From positions 64,668,001 through 64,732,000 of the forward strand of contig NC_045696.1 of assembly GCF_009834535.1 (NCBI RefSeq): a stretch of DNA of 64,000 nt, written 5' to 3'. The position numbers were made by a program, and so were the translations under genes. The stretch is from Camelus ferus. Lineage: Eukaryota. Shown here in pieces: positions 25,983 to 39,685 of the stretch. Under the pieces are notes generated by a model, which was not told the origin of the DNA, did not search any database, and saw only the letters and a list, made by a program, of their open reading frames with translations. Position 1 is the first letter of the stretch, and each line of letters opens with the position of its first letter.

Positions 25983-26186
25983 GTTTGAGAGGGGTTGGTT
26001 GCTAAGAAGTCAGAAAAAATTTTCAAACACTTGATGTTTTCGATGAAACAGTCTGATAAACTCATGGGTATGTAAATAAACTACAGAAAGATATAAATCA
26101 AATTTGATTATCTCTAGTTTATAAACAAAAGATAATTTATTTGAAGACACATATGTATATGACATCTCTGAAATATGTCGTGTAGA

Positions 26187-26506
26187 GAAGGAGTCAGCAG
26201 ACTTTCTGTAAAACACTGGACTGGAGAGTGAACACCTGAGGCTAAGTGAACAAGATATGTTCTCTGTTGCTGCTGCATTATCATTATAGCAGGAAGGCTG
26301 CTGTAGACAATGAAGAAATAAAGGAGCAGAGCTATGTTTTAATGAAACTCTACTTATAAGTGCTGAAATTAGAATCTTATATGATTTTCATTTATCACCA
26401 AATACTACCCTCTTTATTATTTTTCAACTATTTAAAAATGTAAAAACTGTACAAATATAGGCTGCAGGCCAGATTTGGCCTATTGGCCAGACTTTGCCAA
26501 CCACTA
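26187..26506. mobile_element. MER58B-like hAT-Charlie element
   Basis: Termini 'ggagtcagcagactttctgtaaa'...'ggccagatttggcc...tttgccaacc'; internal 'ttttcaactatttaaaaatgtaaaaac'. Confidence 0.8.
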
Positions 26507-29369
26507 ATGTAGAACAAACTTGTATCAAGAAAAATGAACTTTTTTAGTAATAAAAATTTTGATTTACTTGCTCAAGTGTTGAACATAGTGTAAGACTGGC
26601 CTAACTGTCTGAGGGTGGGAAGGCCACCGTTGTACTCCAAGCCTCATTTGTCTCCCTATAAAACAAGGGAGACGTATTTGCAATCTGTTAGGAGCTTTCC
26701 TTCTCTCTTATCTTCTGGGTTAATGGTTCTGGATAACCTCCCTCTATTGGGACCTGTCTTATATGATATATAAAATACACCTGTGAAAGCCCTTTTCCCA
26801 GCAAGCTTTTAGTTTCTACTATTTTAAATGCATTTATAACTAGAGGTTGATTTCTGCGTCTTGATGGGTTCAGTTTTCCTTGAATCTCAGGGTTTCTCTG
26901 TATCAAATGAGAGGTCTTAGATGTGCTTTAATTCTTCAGTGCCTCCTGGGTATCACTTGGGGCACTTCCACGTTATCATTGCATTGCCTAGTGAATCTGA
27001 AAACATTTCATTTCAGTGGGATTTTTCCTAGTACTCCCATGAACGTGGGCTGTAACTCACACTAAACGAGCGCGTCTATGGGACAGAACTAATACCTACC
27101 TTGTGGGCATGTGGTGAAATTTAAGTAGTGGATGCTTCTAAAGAACCTTCAAATCCGTGGATAAAATGTACTACTTCAGTTGCTAAGAGCTATTATTATT
27201 TATTATTTCTTCTAGGTACTTCTCAGCAGGTGCTTTGCTATTAGGATAGAATGGCAGTAATTTTGATACAGGTTGACATATGAGTTGGTTTGCAGAGCCC
27301 ATGAAGCTACAGGTCACATTTTAATGCAACCTTCCCTTCTCGTTTCCTCCAGAGTCGTTAGGTGTTCAGTGCCTGCCTTCTTCTCTTAGATGTTCACACA
27401 ATTTGTTAGTATTTAACAGTAATATTGGCCATGAGTGTAAGAATCAATAGAAAATTTTTTCCAATTAGATCAAGTGTTTAAGTAACATACCTGTTTATAA
27501 TTTTTTCAGTGCTAGGGCTGTGTCTGAAGAGAGAAGAAAGTTATATCATTTACTATTAGTTGTAATTGACCTTTTATGTTAGTCAACATTGTAGTTTGGA
27601 TAAGAGCCATTGGAGACAGACCCTATGCCACTCTTCCATAAGATATAAATCCCTGGGAAGGGATTGCAGTTTTGAGGTGTTGTGTCATTTAATGCTCACT
27701 TACAAAAGTGTGAAAGCCAATCAGCACGTTATAATAGATCACTGGGCTAGAGGTAAGCTGCCCCTTGAGAGACTCAGCTCTTCCCCTGTCAGCAAGTTTC
27801 TTCTCTTTCTGGGTCTCGGCTCCTTATCAAATTGGAATATATCGTTGGTTTCCAAACTGTGCCCCTTGGCATTTAAGACTCAGACCAGATGCTTCAGGGT
27901 TTCTCCCAACAGTTAAGTATTTTCCAACAAACACTGGAAGATTGATAAGCCCGAAGGACCCCATTTATTGCTTTTTATTTTTATGTATATTAAGATTCCT
28001 TTTAAATTTGCATCTGAAGGTTTTCATTGCTTTGGAAAAAATTTCAAAGACATTCTGTGATCCAAAGGATGCCCTCCAGCTCTGGCATCCTATGATCCTG
28101 CATCTCCAATGAAGCTGAAAAACCTGTGCGCACACACACACAGAGCCATTAAACACAGTCTTTGAAGATTTCAATCGTAGGCTCTGGGACCAAAGACAAT
28201 TTTAACTCTTGAGGCTTATGCACTATAGAAGCTCTGTTAAATAAATAAAATATTCAATAAATAAATAAGCAGCATTTGAAAGGCAAACACTCTCTGAAAC
28301 TGCTACTGGAATGCTTGGCAAATTACCTGCCTTAATTTTTCTCAGTGTCTCAGGGATACCCTCCCAAGTATTTAATGTAGTTAAGTTTTCATTTCTAGGA
28401 TGTCTGGATTCGTTTAAAGTCACGTAGGTGTGGCTCGGGTGGGAAAGAGCTGTAATATGTCTGCTTAGGTGCCTACTGTCCTGGGGAGCGAGTTAAGGCA
28501 TGGAGGAGAATGGAACTTAGTCCTTTGTGCTGTATTAGCACTTTCCGCTTCACAAGATAGAGGCTTTTAAAATGCTAGTTCCAGTGTCATTCTTTTCCTC
28601 TGTGGAAACCTCATAGGTCTGACCCACAAATAATTTCAGGAGCAGCTGTTAAAAGCTGAGCTTGCAACTTTTAATTGCTACACAGAATAAAATGGTAGGC
28701 AAATTTATACACACACACATATTTATTTATATGTACACACACACACGTATATAAAATAAGGCAGAAACACCTTCTAATTGTCAATGTAAACATATTATTT
28801 AGTCAACAAAATTTTTTAAAGTAAATTCTCAGAAATATATATTGAATTGTGTTGATGTGATAACACTCAATCTGGGGGTCCTCTAGCATGAAAAAAAATG
28901 ACTCCATTCTCAATATTTCGTGTGACACTTGAAGTTACTCACCTGAAAGCCAGGCTGCCCCGGGGGTTGTGGTCACAGTCTGTCATTCAGGAAGATGAAT
29001 TCGCCGACACTCTGACAGGGGCAAGACGGTATCTGCTCCTGTGTATAGGCTGTACATTTTGAATTGTTTGTACAGTAAAGAGAATCCTTCACCTGGCACG
29101 TCCCACCATACAACGCCTGGGGAATGCTCTGTACTTCCAAAGGATCTCAGAGACGCAGCAGATGAAACGGAGAATCTGTCACCGAGGCTCCCTGCTCTGC
29201 TGCTGACTGGCTCGTGAACTGGGGCGGGCAAGGGCTGTCCTCGGCGTACGTCTCGTGTGTAAGATATGGAGGTTGTGCAAGAAGATGTTTAAGACCCGTC
29301 TTAGCTCTAAAATATCTATTATCAGGCATAGGGAAAATGTAAGCAGTCGGGTTTACTCAGTCTTTAATC

Positions 29370-29610
29370 CCCAGCAGTGATCATTATGAATATTTACCCT
29401 GTGTCAGACACTGTCCTGAGAGCTTAAGAGCTTTACCTGCATTATCTCCTTTAAACTTTACCTTAACTTCTCAAAGATACTGTTATCCCCACTTGACAGA
29501 GGAGGAACAGAGGCTTAGAGTGGGGAGGCCTCCCTCTGAAAGAAAGGCGCAGTTAGCAAGGAGCAGAGGAGAAATTTGAACCTAGGATGATCAGACTCCA
29601 GAGCTCCCCA
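29370..29610 (-). mobile_element. MIR SINE
   Basis: 'tgtgtcagacactgtcctgag...ttatccccacttgacagaggaggaacagaggcttagag...atttgaacctaggatgatcagactccagag'. Confidence 0.8.
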
Positions 29611-30571
29611 GGCCAGGGCAGTGCCAGGCTGGCTCCAGCTGTGTGGTATACTATGCCGACACCTGTCAGGGGCCACAGAGAGCAGTGTGACACAGTCTCT
29701 GTCCTCTTGCTGTTGTATTTGAGCTAAAAGGACATATAGTGAAAGGGTTAAGAGAAATGCCAGGCAGCCTGTACACTGGTGGCCAAAGAGGTGCAGAACC
29801 TGGCTGTTATGGGAGCCCTGAGAGGAGGGCAAGGGGAGCTTGGCACCACTGAAGTGTCATTACAACACCAGCCAAAAGCGTTGTCAGCATTTAGCAATAT
29901 TTCCATTGCCTTATGTGAAGGAATAGGAGCGGAAGAGAGATGTTATAAAAAGAGGAAAGGCAGCATCTCTTTATCAGCTGCTCTCTTGGTCATCCAGGGG
30001 GTGGGGGCTGAGCTGACGAGCGATGACAATCCAGCCAAGCATTCTGTGCCACTCAGCTGGTCTTTGACTTCTGCCGCCTCCCTCCTCAGTGGCACTCTCT
30101 TACCGCCATCACCCCTCCCTTCCCTCTGCCTTTCCAAACCACCTGGCCTCCCTGAACCTCTCCTCCTTTCCCTTTGTGCTTTCAGTTAGGATGATACCCC
30201 TGCAGAATTTTAAAACAGATCTGTCTGATAACATCTTTGTCCTTCTCCTGGGTTCCTGAGTCATCAGGGAGCAGTCCCCTGAAGTCACCTCTGCTGACCG
30301 GCTTCGCCCAGTCACCTCATGGAAGAGAAGAACTCAGCAGACAGGGCGGCCAAAAGCTGTGACTCTTCACCCCTCACCACACCAACTCTCACACACTCAC
30401 ATGCACCCACTCTCATCTGCAGGAGATGAGCCCCGACTGTATCCCTGACTCTCAAAGAAGAGAAGAAATGTCACCTTGGAAGAGGGTTAGGAGTCCATTT
30501 GTTAAGGGCTGACCTGTGTGGATTTCAGCATCATGCAGTGATGATGTTTTATGTTGGTTGTTTAAAATCAT

Positions 30572-30780
30572 GCAGTGCTGTCCCGTAGAGCTTTCTACAG
30601 TGGTGGGAGTGTTCCTCATCTGCACTGTCCCGTGCAGTAGTCACCAGCTGCACGTGGGGATTGAAATGTGGGACTTGAAGTGAGACCAAGGAAACTAATT
30701 TCAAATTTTGTTGAATTTTGACTAATTTAAATTTAAGTAGCCATGGGTGGCTAGTAGTTACTACATAGGATAGGACAGCT
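30572..30780. mobile_element. MER3 (hAT-Charlie)
   Basis: 'cagtgctgtcccgtagagctttct...gaaactaatttcaaatttt...aatttaaatttaagtagccatgggtggctagtagttactacatagga'. Confidence 0.85.
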
Positions 30781-31949
30781 ACTGTCAAAATAGCCAAATA
30801 TTCAGAACTGACAATGTAGCAGTATCTCGTCTACTAGCGCTAATATTAGTGTGGTGTCTTCCTGGTCGTGTAACATATTCTATAAAGTGACTTTCTGGAC
30901 AGAATCGCATTTGAGCAGGGAGGTCCTACGTTTATCATGGGTTTAGATGCTAGAAATACTTGCTGGAGTATATATGTGCCATTTACCCTCCAGATTCCAG
31001 GCTCAGTCTCAGAGTCATCTTCAGTGCCTTGCTCCAGGTAGCTAGTGTCAATTAGAAGAATCTGTGAAGAGAGAAAAAACCCGCTGGCCATCTCTGAGGT
31101 GGGGACAAAATGTATAATGTACCATGGTACAGTTATCTTCAACTCAGAGTTGATGAGCAGATGATCTTTAAGGTCTCATCATGAGATTGAGTGGTTCCAT
31201 CAATTAAAAGAGAATCAGTTCTACTGTCTTGTCCACACTTCCGCATTGAAGTTCAGCAGAGAGGCCATCTCTGTAGCATTAAGGTGATGGCCCCCTGCTT
31301 CTGCTAACTCTCCTCCCCCACATAAAAAAGAACAGAAAGAAACAATGTGCAGCAGAGATGTTGAAGAATCAGTTTGTTGGCTGAAATGATATCAAATAAC
31401 TGAGTGTTCTCTTTTGTTTCTGGCTTAGTGTGCACACGACCTCAGGTCAAGTCACGACCATTATAAAAATTTATTAAGGTCAAGCAGTGTTAGGTCCTGG
31501 TGTACCTAGGGGATTCAATGCCAAGTTATTAAGATTTGCAAAGTGGTGTTGCAAAATCAACAAGACTTTACTAGGTTGTATTTAAGTAAAGCAGTAATTC
31601 TCTATGATGTATATATACCATCAATTTTAATGGGGATTTTAATGATTCTGGCAATGATACTCTTAAACACAACCAGCCTTGGCCTAAAGGAAGAAGAGAG
31701 ATAAGTCTGGAGGTACTTGAAAAAAAAATTCAAACATTCTAAGCACTGAAACAGAGGCTAAGCGACTTGGACAGCTCCTAAAACCATGTTATAACTCTGT
31801 TTTAAATTGTAAAAAAATTCTAATTATTTTGTGATTGTAGTAATAGGTTATAGTATTTTTAAAACAATTCTCATTCCTTATTAAGTATGAGCTTATACTC
31901 ACAATCAGTTATTGTTTTTAAACTCACAGTTCTTTCATTCTTAAATAGA

Positions 31950-32520
31950 TGAAGTCATTTATTCATTTATCAGTGATTTACTGAACACTTACCTGATACA
32001 GAGTGTACAGCTGTATTCACTCTAAGAAATAGATTGGCATCCACTTTGGAGCTAGGGGTGTGTGTGTGTGTGTACGCATACATGTACATGTGCATATGCT
32101 ATATACGCAAATAGGGGAAAGAAGGAAGGAAGGAGGGGAATATCATTCAATTATATTTGGGCTAATATCTTCTTAAAGCAAAGAGACAGTACTTGGAAAT
32201 TGAAGGGACAGAGATATTTATATCTGCCACAGGCTTTTAGGAACAAATTTGGAATTAAACAGATTTTGAGCATGCAGATATGGACTGAGTGGAAGGACAG
32301 TCCAGGAGAATAAATAAGGATGTAAATGCATAAAAAGGCAGAAGAGGAGAGGATGGGGGCAGTAGGAAACTCATCTTGTTTGAACCTAAAGGTCCATGAG
32401 AGATTTGATTGGGAGTGATGGTCAGGTGTGAATCTGGAGTATCATGAACGAGAAGACCTTGAACTTTCTGCTGTGGAAGGAAGCCATTGTAGGCTCTGTA
32501 GGGGACTGTTCAGATATTCA
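31950..32520 (-). mobile_element. L2 LINE fragment
   Basis: Begins 'tcatttattcatttatcagtgatttactgaacacttac'; later 'ggaagccattgtagg' L2-like motif. Confidence 0.6.
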
Positions 32521-32754
32521 ATTCTGTATTGATTATTGTCGTTTAGAACAAGTTGAACAAAGCAAAGTCTCTTTGCAAGGTGATGCAGAATGACTCCAGT
32601 GCTACAGCTGCACATCCAGATTGGGGTGGCCTGGGCAGCATAACCTAATGGAAAAGGCATGTGATTTGAATGTGGGCTGTATTGACCTTTGTATAGTTTG
32701 GATTTCAGCCCCACAACCTGTTAGCTCTATGATTTTGGGAATCATTTAAACCTC

Positions 32755-33180
32755 TGTCATGGATTGTATGGTATCTCCCCAAAATTCACATCTGTCCAAA
32801 AACTCAGAATGGGACCTTACTTGGAAATAGGGTCTTTGTAGAGGTAATTGAGTTATAAGATGAGGTCATCCGAGATTACAGTTGGTCTTAAATCCCATGA
32901 CTGGTGTCCTTATAAGAAGAGGAGAGGACACACAGAGGAAAGCACCGTGTGAAGACAAAGGCAGAGACTGGAGTGATGCGTCTGTGAGCCAGGGAACACT
33001 GCAGATTGCCGGCCACTAGCAGAAGCTGGGAGAGAGGCACTGAGCGTGTTCACCCCCAGAGCCTCCAGAGGAACCAGCCATGGCGATGCCGAGATGCAGA
33101 CTTGGGGCCTCCAGCACCGTGTTGTTTTCAGCCACCCAGTCTGTGGTGCTTTGTTATGGCAGCCCTGGGACACAAAACCA
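32755..33180 (+). mobile_element. MLT1C-like MaLR solo LTR nested in a MIR (MIR halves about 32625-32754 and 33181-33315)
   Basis: TG...CA ends; 'ttggaaatagggtctttgtagaggtaatt...gactggtgtccttataagaagagg...agccacccagtctgtggtgctttgttatggcagccct'. Confidence 0.9.
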
Positions 33181-35264
33181 CCTTCACACCTTAACTTCCT
33201 TCATTGTAAACTGGGGGTGATGATGCTTACCTGTGAGAATTTTGGTGGGGATTCAATGAACTAGAATCAAATCAAGAAGAGACTGGTCACTTATAAAGTG
33301 CTCCACAAATATTTGCAAGTTTAAATACCAATTTCCCAGGACGATGAGATATCTCTAACAGTTACTGAGCATTAAGTACACGTCAAAGAAAGCTTGAGGC
33401 CCGCTATACTTGCTGTCTCACAGTGGGATTAGCAACGTGTAGTTGCCTAATCTTGTGTCATTTTGCCTTCTTGGCATTTGACACTTAATGGCAAGAAAAA
33501 TTTTCAGATCTGTACGTACTGGGGGAAGAATAATGAGTGTTTTGGCCAAAATGGAATAGTTAATGCATTTGTACTCCCTGGCAGTGTTTTTCATTTAGTT
33601 GGAATCATTCCTTTTTCCCCACAGATAAGCAAAATTGTTATGGTTTAATGAGTAAAATACATACATCAGTTAAACTAAAAATCTAAGTGGGTGTTTGAAT
33701 TTCATGCTTGGCTTTTCAGTCGCTACTCACTTTTTCTTAGTAAGAGCACACCTCCTCATTCCTTTCTGCTCTTGATTAGACGGTGGTAAAGGAACTCCGT
33801 GTACCGAGCAGTGCGTGTACTCTGGAGTTCCAGGAGAAGATGTATGTGTAAAGCTATTTAGCTCAGTTCATGGTCAGATGATTTGGTAAATATTGGCTAA
33901 TTTGCTTTTGTTGCTCTCCTGAGAGAACTGCGAGTTGGGTTCTTTTGTAACACGGAAGCTGAAATAGAGCAGTTCAGTGATTTACCCAACAAATAAAAGG
34001 AATAGGTGTCGCTGCTAGAGCTGGATTCCTGGAATTTTAGGGTTCTACCTGCTGGTGAGCTCCTGACCCCTGACTCCCATGGACGTGGGAAGACCCCAGG
34101 CACCACTGTCCTGTCCTGGACCAGGTTGTGAATGTTCAAAGAATTTTTCTAGGCTGATATTCCATCATGTATTGCACAATCTTTTGATCTCCCTGAGTCT
34201 CCTAGATTCTATTCCATGGCCTTATATCTAGAAATGTAATGGTAAATATAATGAACTCGGCCCCCACCTTCATTGTGGCGGATATAGGCGGTTACAGCCT
34301 AGTGTGGGAAGTGGCATGACACCTGTCAGAGCTTAAGATTAGCTAGACTAGGCCTTCCTTTCAGCAAGATGTGCAGAAATGAGTCGACTGAAATATCTTG
34401 GTGCTAGGCTTGTCAACTGATGAGGTACAAGGGTTTGGGAAAGTTATCCAGCTTTGGGTTCAAATAGGGGCTCAATCTGGCGAACAAATGATGTTAGCAA
34501 GACAGAGTGAAGCAGTTGCCATGCGAAGCCAGGAGTGATACTTTGGATGAAGTAGTGTTACATCGTACGAGTTGGGCTAAATGTAATGATGGATGCTCTG
34601 GGGTGGCCCAATCTCAAACATCTAGGCACTTGTCACTGGAATAGTAGGGCTTAGCCCCTGGCCTAAAGTTAAGGAATAAGACTTTTCTCTGTGAAAGGGG
34701 AAGGAGCTACAAAGCAAATTAGGGCCAGCAAATGGATAGGGGACGTTGGACTGTGAGGCAGGCTAGCAGAAAAAGATCCCTATCACGAGAAAGAGTGGCC
34801 ATGGCTTGGGAACTGAAGAGTGAAATAAGGAATAAGCTGCTAGCAAGAAGCACTTGATATTTGTGAATTCCAGAATGGGTCTGGGGCCAGTTGAGCATAT
34901 TGTGTCAAAATATTGTGAGACAAAATTTTGAAGGAAAATAAGGATTGGAAATCAGCTTGCAGTGTGAAACGTAGGCCTAGCCTCAGCTGTGGGATGGATA
35001 AAGGAGGAATTTTAGAACCAGGCTGGGCCTTACATAGTTTCCTGGGGTAAAAAAAAAAAAAAGTGGATTTTTGTTGTTGTTGTTGCAAGAGACCATGTGT
35101 CACAAAGGGTTAAGTGCACATTAGGGTAACAAGAGTTCTAGTTCATCCTTTGTTGTTGAATGTATGACCTTGACTTATCAGGGAAAAGTTCTTTCTAACT
35201 CTGATTTCTCTATCGAGAAAATGAAAATGATCTGTGTTCCCAAGTGCTAGGCTTTGGGATGACA

Positions 35265-35425
35265 CTGGATTGCTAGTAAGAATCACCTGGAGAGCTTGTT
35301 AAAAGTACACGCTTCTAGATTCTTCTAAGACTGTGCTTCTTCAAATAGTCAGCAGTGGATCCCAGCAATCTATACCTGCAGCAGGTACCCCGTTGTGATT
35401 CTAAGGAAGGAACCTACAGAAGACT
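35265..35425. mobile_element. MER5-like fragment
   Basis: 'agaatcacctggagagcttgttaaaa...ccccgttgtgattct'. Confidence 0.55.
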
Positions 35426-36299
35426 ACAAAGGATTTCGCCGCTGGGGTTTCTTCAACATTCTGTTTTTATTCTTCTCCCTCTCCATCTTTTACCTTTACA
35501 CCTCCTTGTGTTCATAGACTGGGATGATGCTCAAAGACTCAATAAAGAAGTTTATTGGCACATTATTTCCAACCGACACTTGAAGTCTGGGAGCCAATTG
35601 ATGCAGGAGAGCTAGTTTTTATCCCCTTCTCAGCCCCAACATCAATACAAACCATCACAGGCCTAACATGGAATCTGCTATTATCTGACTCCAAGCCCAT
35701 GTTTGCAGAGGCAGTGTTTGGCTCTCTTGAAATCGCTGGTGTCCCTTTTTTATGTCCTGAGGCATTTCTGAAACCTAATGGGTAACATCTAGCTAGCATT
35801 CCAAATTCTTTAGAAAAATAGAGTCTTTATGAATAAATACAGATAAAGTCCTCATGGAGATGAAGTGATTTCTACTGCCAAGTAGGACAAAGGGGAGACT
35901 TCCTTGGAGCTCACCTTAGATGAAGTAAATCAACTCGCCATATGTAGTGGGTTCTTTGGGGGAAAATAATATATCCTAGGGCTCACATATTACCTGGTTC
36001 TAAAGAAAGATAATTTCCTGTTTAAGATGTGAATTATTTTTTTCCTGTTAGAAGAGGAATAGTTTATAGGCTTTTCCTAGGTTTGAAACCTTCATAATCA
36101 GCCATGATTTTTATCCTAGATTCATAGAAAGTTAAAATTGACAGGACTATTTGGGATTTTCTAGTTTATATACAGGGAGACCATGTCCTAGAGAGGAAAT
36201 GACTTGCTGAAAATCACACAGCAAGTTAGTGGCAGACAATCTCAGTCTCTGGTTCTTAGCTATGTGTTCACATGGTATGTGGTCACCAGGAGGACCAAA

Positions 36300-37120
36300 A
36301 CAAAAAATAATGACAGTACCAAATGCTGGCAAGGATGTGGAAAAACTGAATCATTTATATATTTCTGGTGGGAATAAAAGTTGTAGAGTCACTCTGGAAG
36401 ACAGTTTGGCAATTAAAAAAATTAAACTAAACATTGAACCATGCACCTCACAATTGTACTCTTAAGTTTTATTCCAGAGAAATGGAAACTATGTTCACAT
36501 AAAAACATGTACACCTTTGTTCAGAGCAGCTTTATCTGTAATGGCCCAAAACTGGCAACAGCTCAGATGTCCTTTAACAGGTGAAGGACTTAACAGACTG
36601 TGGTACATCCCCTGAAGTACTACTCAGCAATAAAGAAGAAGACACTTGATACAAGCACCAGTCTGGATGGATCTCCAGGGAGTTGTGCTGAGTGAAAAAA
36701 GCCAGTCCCTGAAGGTTACATAATCTATTATTCTCTTTATATAACATTTTAGAAGTGGGCAACAGATTGGTGATTTTTGGAGGTTAAGAATGGAGTGGTG
36801 GGGTGGGCATAAGGGAGGTGGGGGCAACATGAGAGATTCTTGTAGCGATGACACTGTTGCGGATCTTGATGGCAGCGGTGGACACACGGACCTCTACATG
36901 TATAAAATTGTATAGAACTAAGTACACATATGCACAAGTACAAGTCAAGCTTAGGCGATCAGTTGTTCTATAAATATCAATATTCTGGCCATGATATTAT
37001 AATAGGTCTGAAAAATGTTACCACTGGGGAAAATTGGGTAAAGCATACATGGGAGCCTTTCTGCATTGTTTCTTAGAGTTGCATGCGAATTTACAACTGT
37101 CTCACACAAATTTCAATAAG
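36300..37120 (+). mobile_element. Old L1 (L1MC/L1MD-like) ORF2 end + 3' UTR
   Basis: 'accaaatgctggcaaggatgtgga...cactctggaagacagtttggca...ctgagtgaaaaaagccagtccc...gttaccactgggggaaattgggtaaag'. Confidence 0.85.
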
Positions 37121-38864
37121 CAAGTGAAAGATACTGTTAGTATTTTTCTTTTGTCAAAATGGACAAAAGGATGTTTTTATATTACTCCAAGGTTGGTGAG
37201 GATAGAGTTAAGTAGACACTTTACAGTACTTATGGGATATAAGTTGTTATACTTTTGAAAATAACTTGCCGTATTACAATCTTTTGACCTGATAGTTTTA
37301 CACCTATGAAATTATCCTGAGAAAATACTCAAAGATATGAATTACACTTACATAGAAGTATTTTCACTGTAGTATATAGTATAGTGTACTGTTATAACAG
37401 TGAAACTAAAACTAACCCACGTAATAAAAGTCTTTTTGCGTCCCTCATTAAAATTGTATTTCCCCCAAATATTTATTAATTAGGAAAATGCCTGTCACAT
37501 AATGTTAAGTAGAAATTATAATATGTTATTTTTTGTATCACAAGCTCCATGTTTACCTATGTGCCTGACTCCTACACCTATTAGCTGTGTGATCTTGGGT
37601 AAATTGCTAATTATCTCTGTGGATCTCTTATCTGCACGATGGGGATATAATAGTACCAACTCATTCTTTAAAAAAATGATTGAACCTCTTCTAAGAATAT
37701 CTTAACACATAAATTTTAGTTGACGTTAAATAGTAGTTTTATCTGGGTGGTAGTAATACTACCCATCTTTACCCTCTCCTGCATTTTAAAACTCTTCCAC
37801 GATGATCACGTGATACTTTGCATTTTTAAATGATGTTATATATGTATATTAAAAATCTTTAACTGGAACTTACTCTTATTCCAATCATGACTAATTTCTA
37901 TTAATGTTTAATTTACATCTAGAATGACTATCGCTCATCCATTTCTGAGAGAGAGGACTTTGCAAACCTCTTCCCAACTGAACCTTTCCTTAGAGAGTCT
38001 CTTGGAAAGTGAGAGAGCCTTAGAACTATTTATTTATTTTTTTTATTCTACCTATGACTAATTTTATGGATTATAGTTAGGGAATATGATTCGATCTTGA
38101 AGTACAGAAATAAAATGTTGAGAAATATTTGCTGTTCATTTTGGCAGCAGATAATTAATTAACTTCTTGGGAAATTAATCACTGATGCAAGCAAAAATTA
38201 AATAACATATGCTGCTTATTTGGAAAAGATTAATGTGATGTATTGGTGATTAGAATTGAGAACTCCCGTCATTTACTGAGTCATGTTTTGAAGAATGTAA
38301 TCATTTACTTATTCTTGGAGAACTTTAACTTGCCTTAAAAATGGCAGCCTTAGAGGATTTTGTGCACCTGATTCACTACTGCCATGCTGGACAGAAGGGG
38401 GCTAGTTTCTCTGTTTGATCTGACTCATCTTATCCACCAAGCTCTCCATCCATCTCTCAGTCTGTCTTTAACCCTTTAAACTTAAGATCCTGTGAAAAAC
38501 TGCAATTCATTGGAAACATATATTTAATAATTGTTTTGCCCATTATTTGCTCTCATTTTTTGTTTAATCTCCCTTTCTCAATTTTTTTTCAATATTTTTT
38601 AACTTAGATAGTTGTTGGGATAATCTAGACACCCACTCATGTTACCAAAGTTCTTGCAAAAATACAGCCTTTAAAAAAATATGTTTTCAAAGATTGGAGA
38701 TTGCTTTCTTTCCATATTCAGTCAGGTTCCAAGAAAAACATAGAATCTATATTCCTTTATGAAAATCATTAGTGCTTGCCATTAATGTTTCTGATCAACT
38801 TTTAAGAAGATATTAAAAGAAGATGAATTTATTAGCTCTCCATTTTTATTTCTAATACAGAAAT

Positions 38865-38966
38865 TTTTTTAATTGGAGTGTATAGTCAGTTATAATGTGT
38901 CAGTTTCTGGTGTACAGCACAATGTCTCAGTCATGCATATACATACATATATTCATTTTCATATTC
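38865..38966 (-). mobile_element. Short young L1 3' end
   Basis: 'tatagtcagttataatgtgtcagtttctggtgtacagcacaatgtctcagtcatgcatatacatacatatattcattttcatattc', same type as 24468-24590; flanked by CAGAAATTT/CAGAAAATTT. Confidence 0.85.
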
Positions 38967-38999
38967 TCAGAAAATTTAGTTATAATTGCAAAGAAAATT

Positions 39000-39685
39000 C
39001 AAATGGTTTTCAAACATTTAGGAATATGCTCGATCTCACAGTAAGAAAAAGGCAAGTTAAAAATTAACCACTGATATACTATTTTTAAACTGTCCAATTT
39101 GCAAAGATAACAGAGCCGTTTAGCACACTCTATTAACTGGGCTGCAGGGGAAAAAGACCTCACATAATGCTGGTGTGAGAATAAATGGATACAATCTTTA
39201 TTGAGGACAGTTTGACAGTATCAGTTAAAATCACAAATGTGTATATCTTGATCTAGCAATTCTATTTCTAGGAATTTATCCCAGGTAGACTTGGATGTGT
39301 GAAAGATGAGTGTCATCACAGCATGATCTGTAAGGGCGAGGACTGGATAGCTACATAAATGACTGCGCATCCTTAAAAAGGAAGCCTGTGTATCTGAAAC
39401 GCAAGAGACTATTTTATGTGCCAAATGAAATAAACTCCAAGCTATCTTGTTAAACAGACAAAGTAAAGGCATAGGACTATGAGAGGAGTCTGCAACCTAT
39501 TTGCTTTTTACTTATAGATTCTTAAAGTATCTCTGGAGGCATACATTAACACATGACGAAACGGCTTCCCAGTGGGAGGGGACTCTTGGCTGGAGGATAG
39601 GGGGTGGAGACATTTAGAAAGTCTCTTGTACTTTCTGAATTTTAAGCTACGTGAGTATATCACCTAATCAGAAAATAAGTTAACT
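39000..39685 (+). mobile_element. L1ME-like fragment
   Basis: 'tgctggtgtgagaataaatggatacaatc...gatctagcaattctatttctaggaatttatcc'. Confidence 0.7.

Noticed and set aside
29779..30189. One of the longest ORFs (136 aa)
   Set aside because: Non-ATG start, low-complexity S/L/P tail, no recognisable domain or splice support
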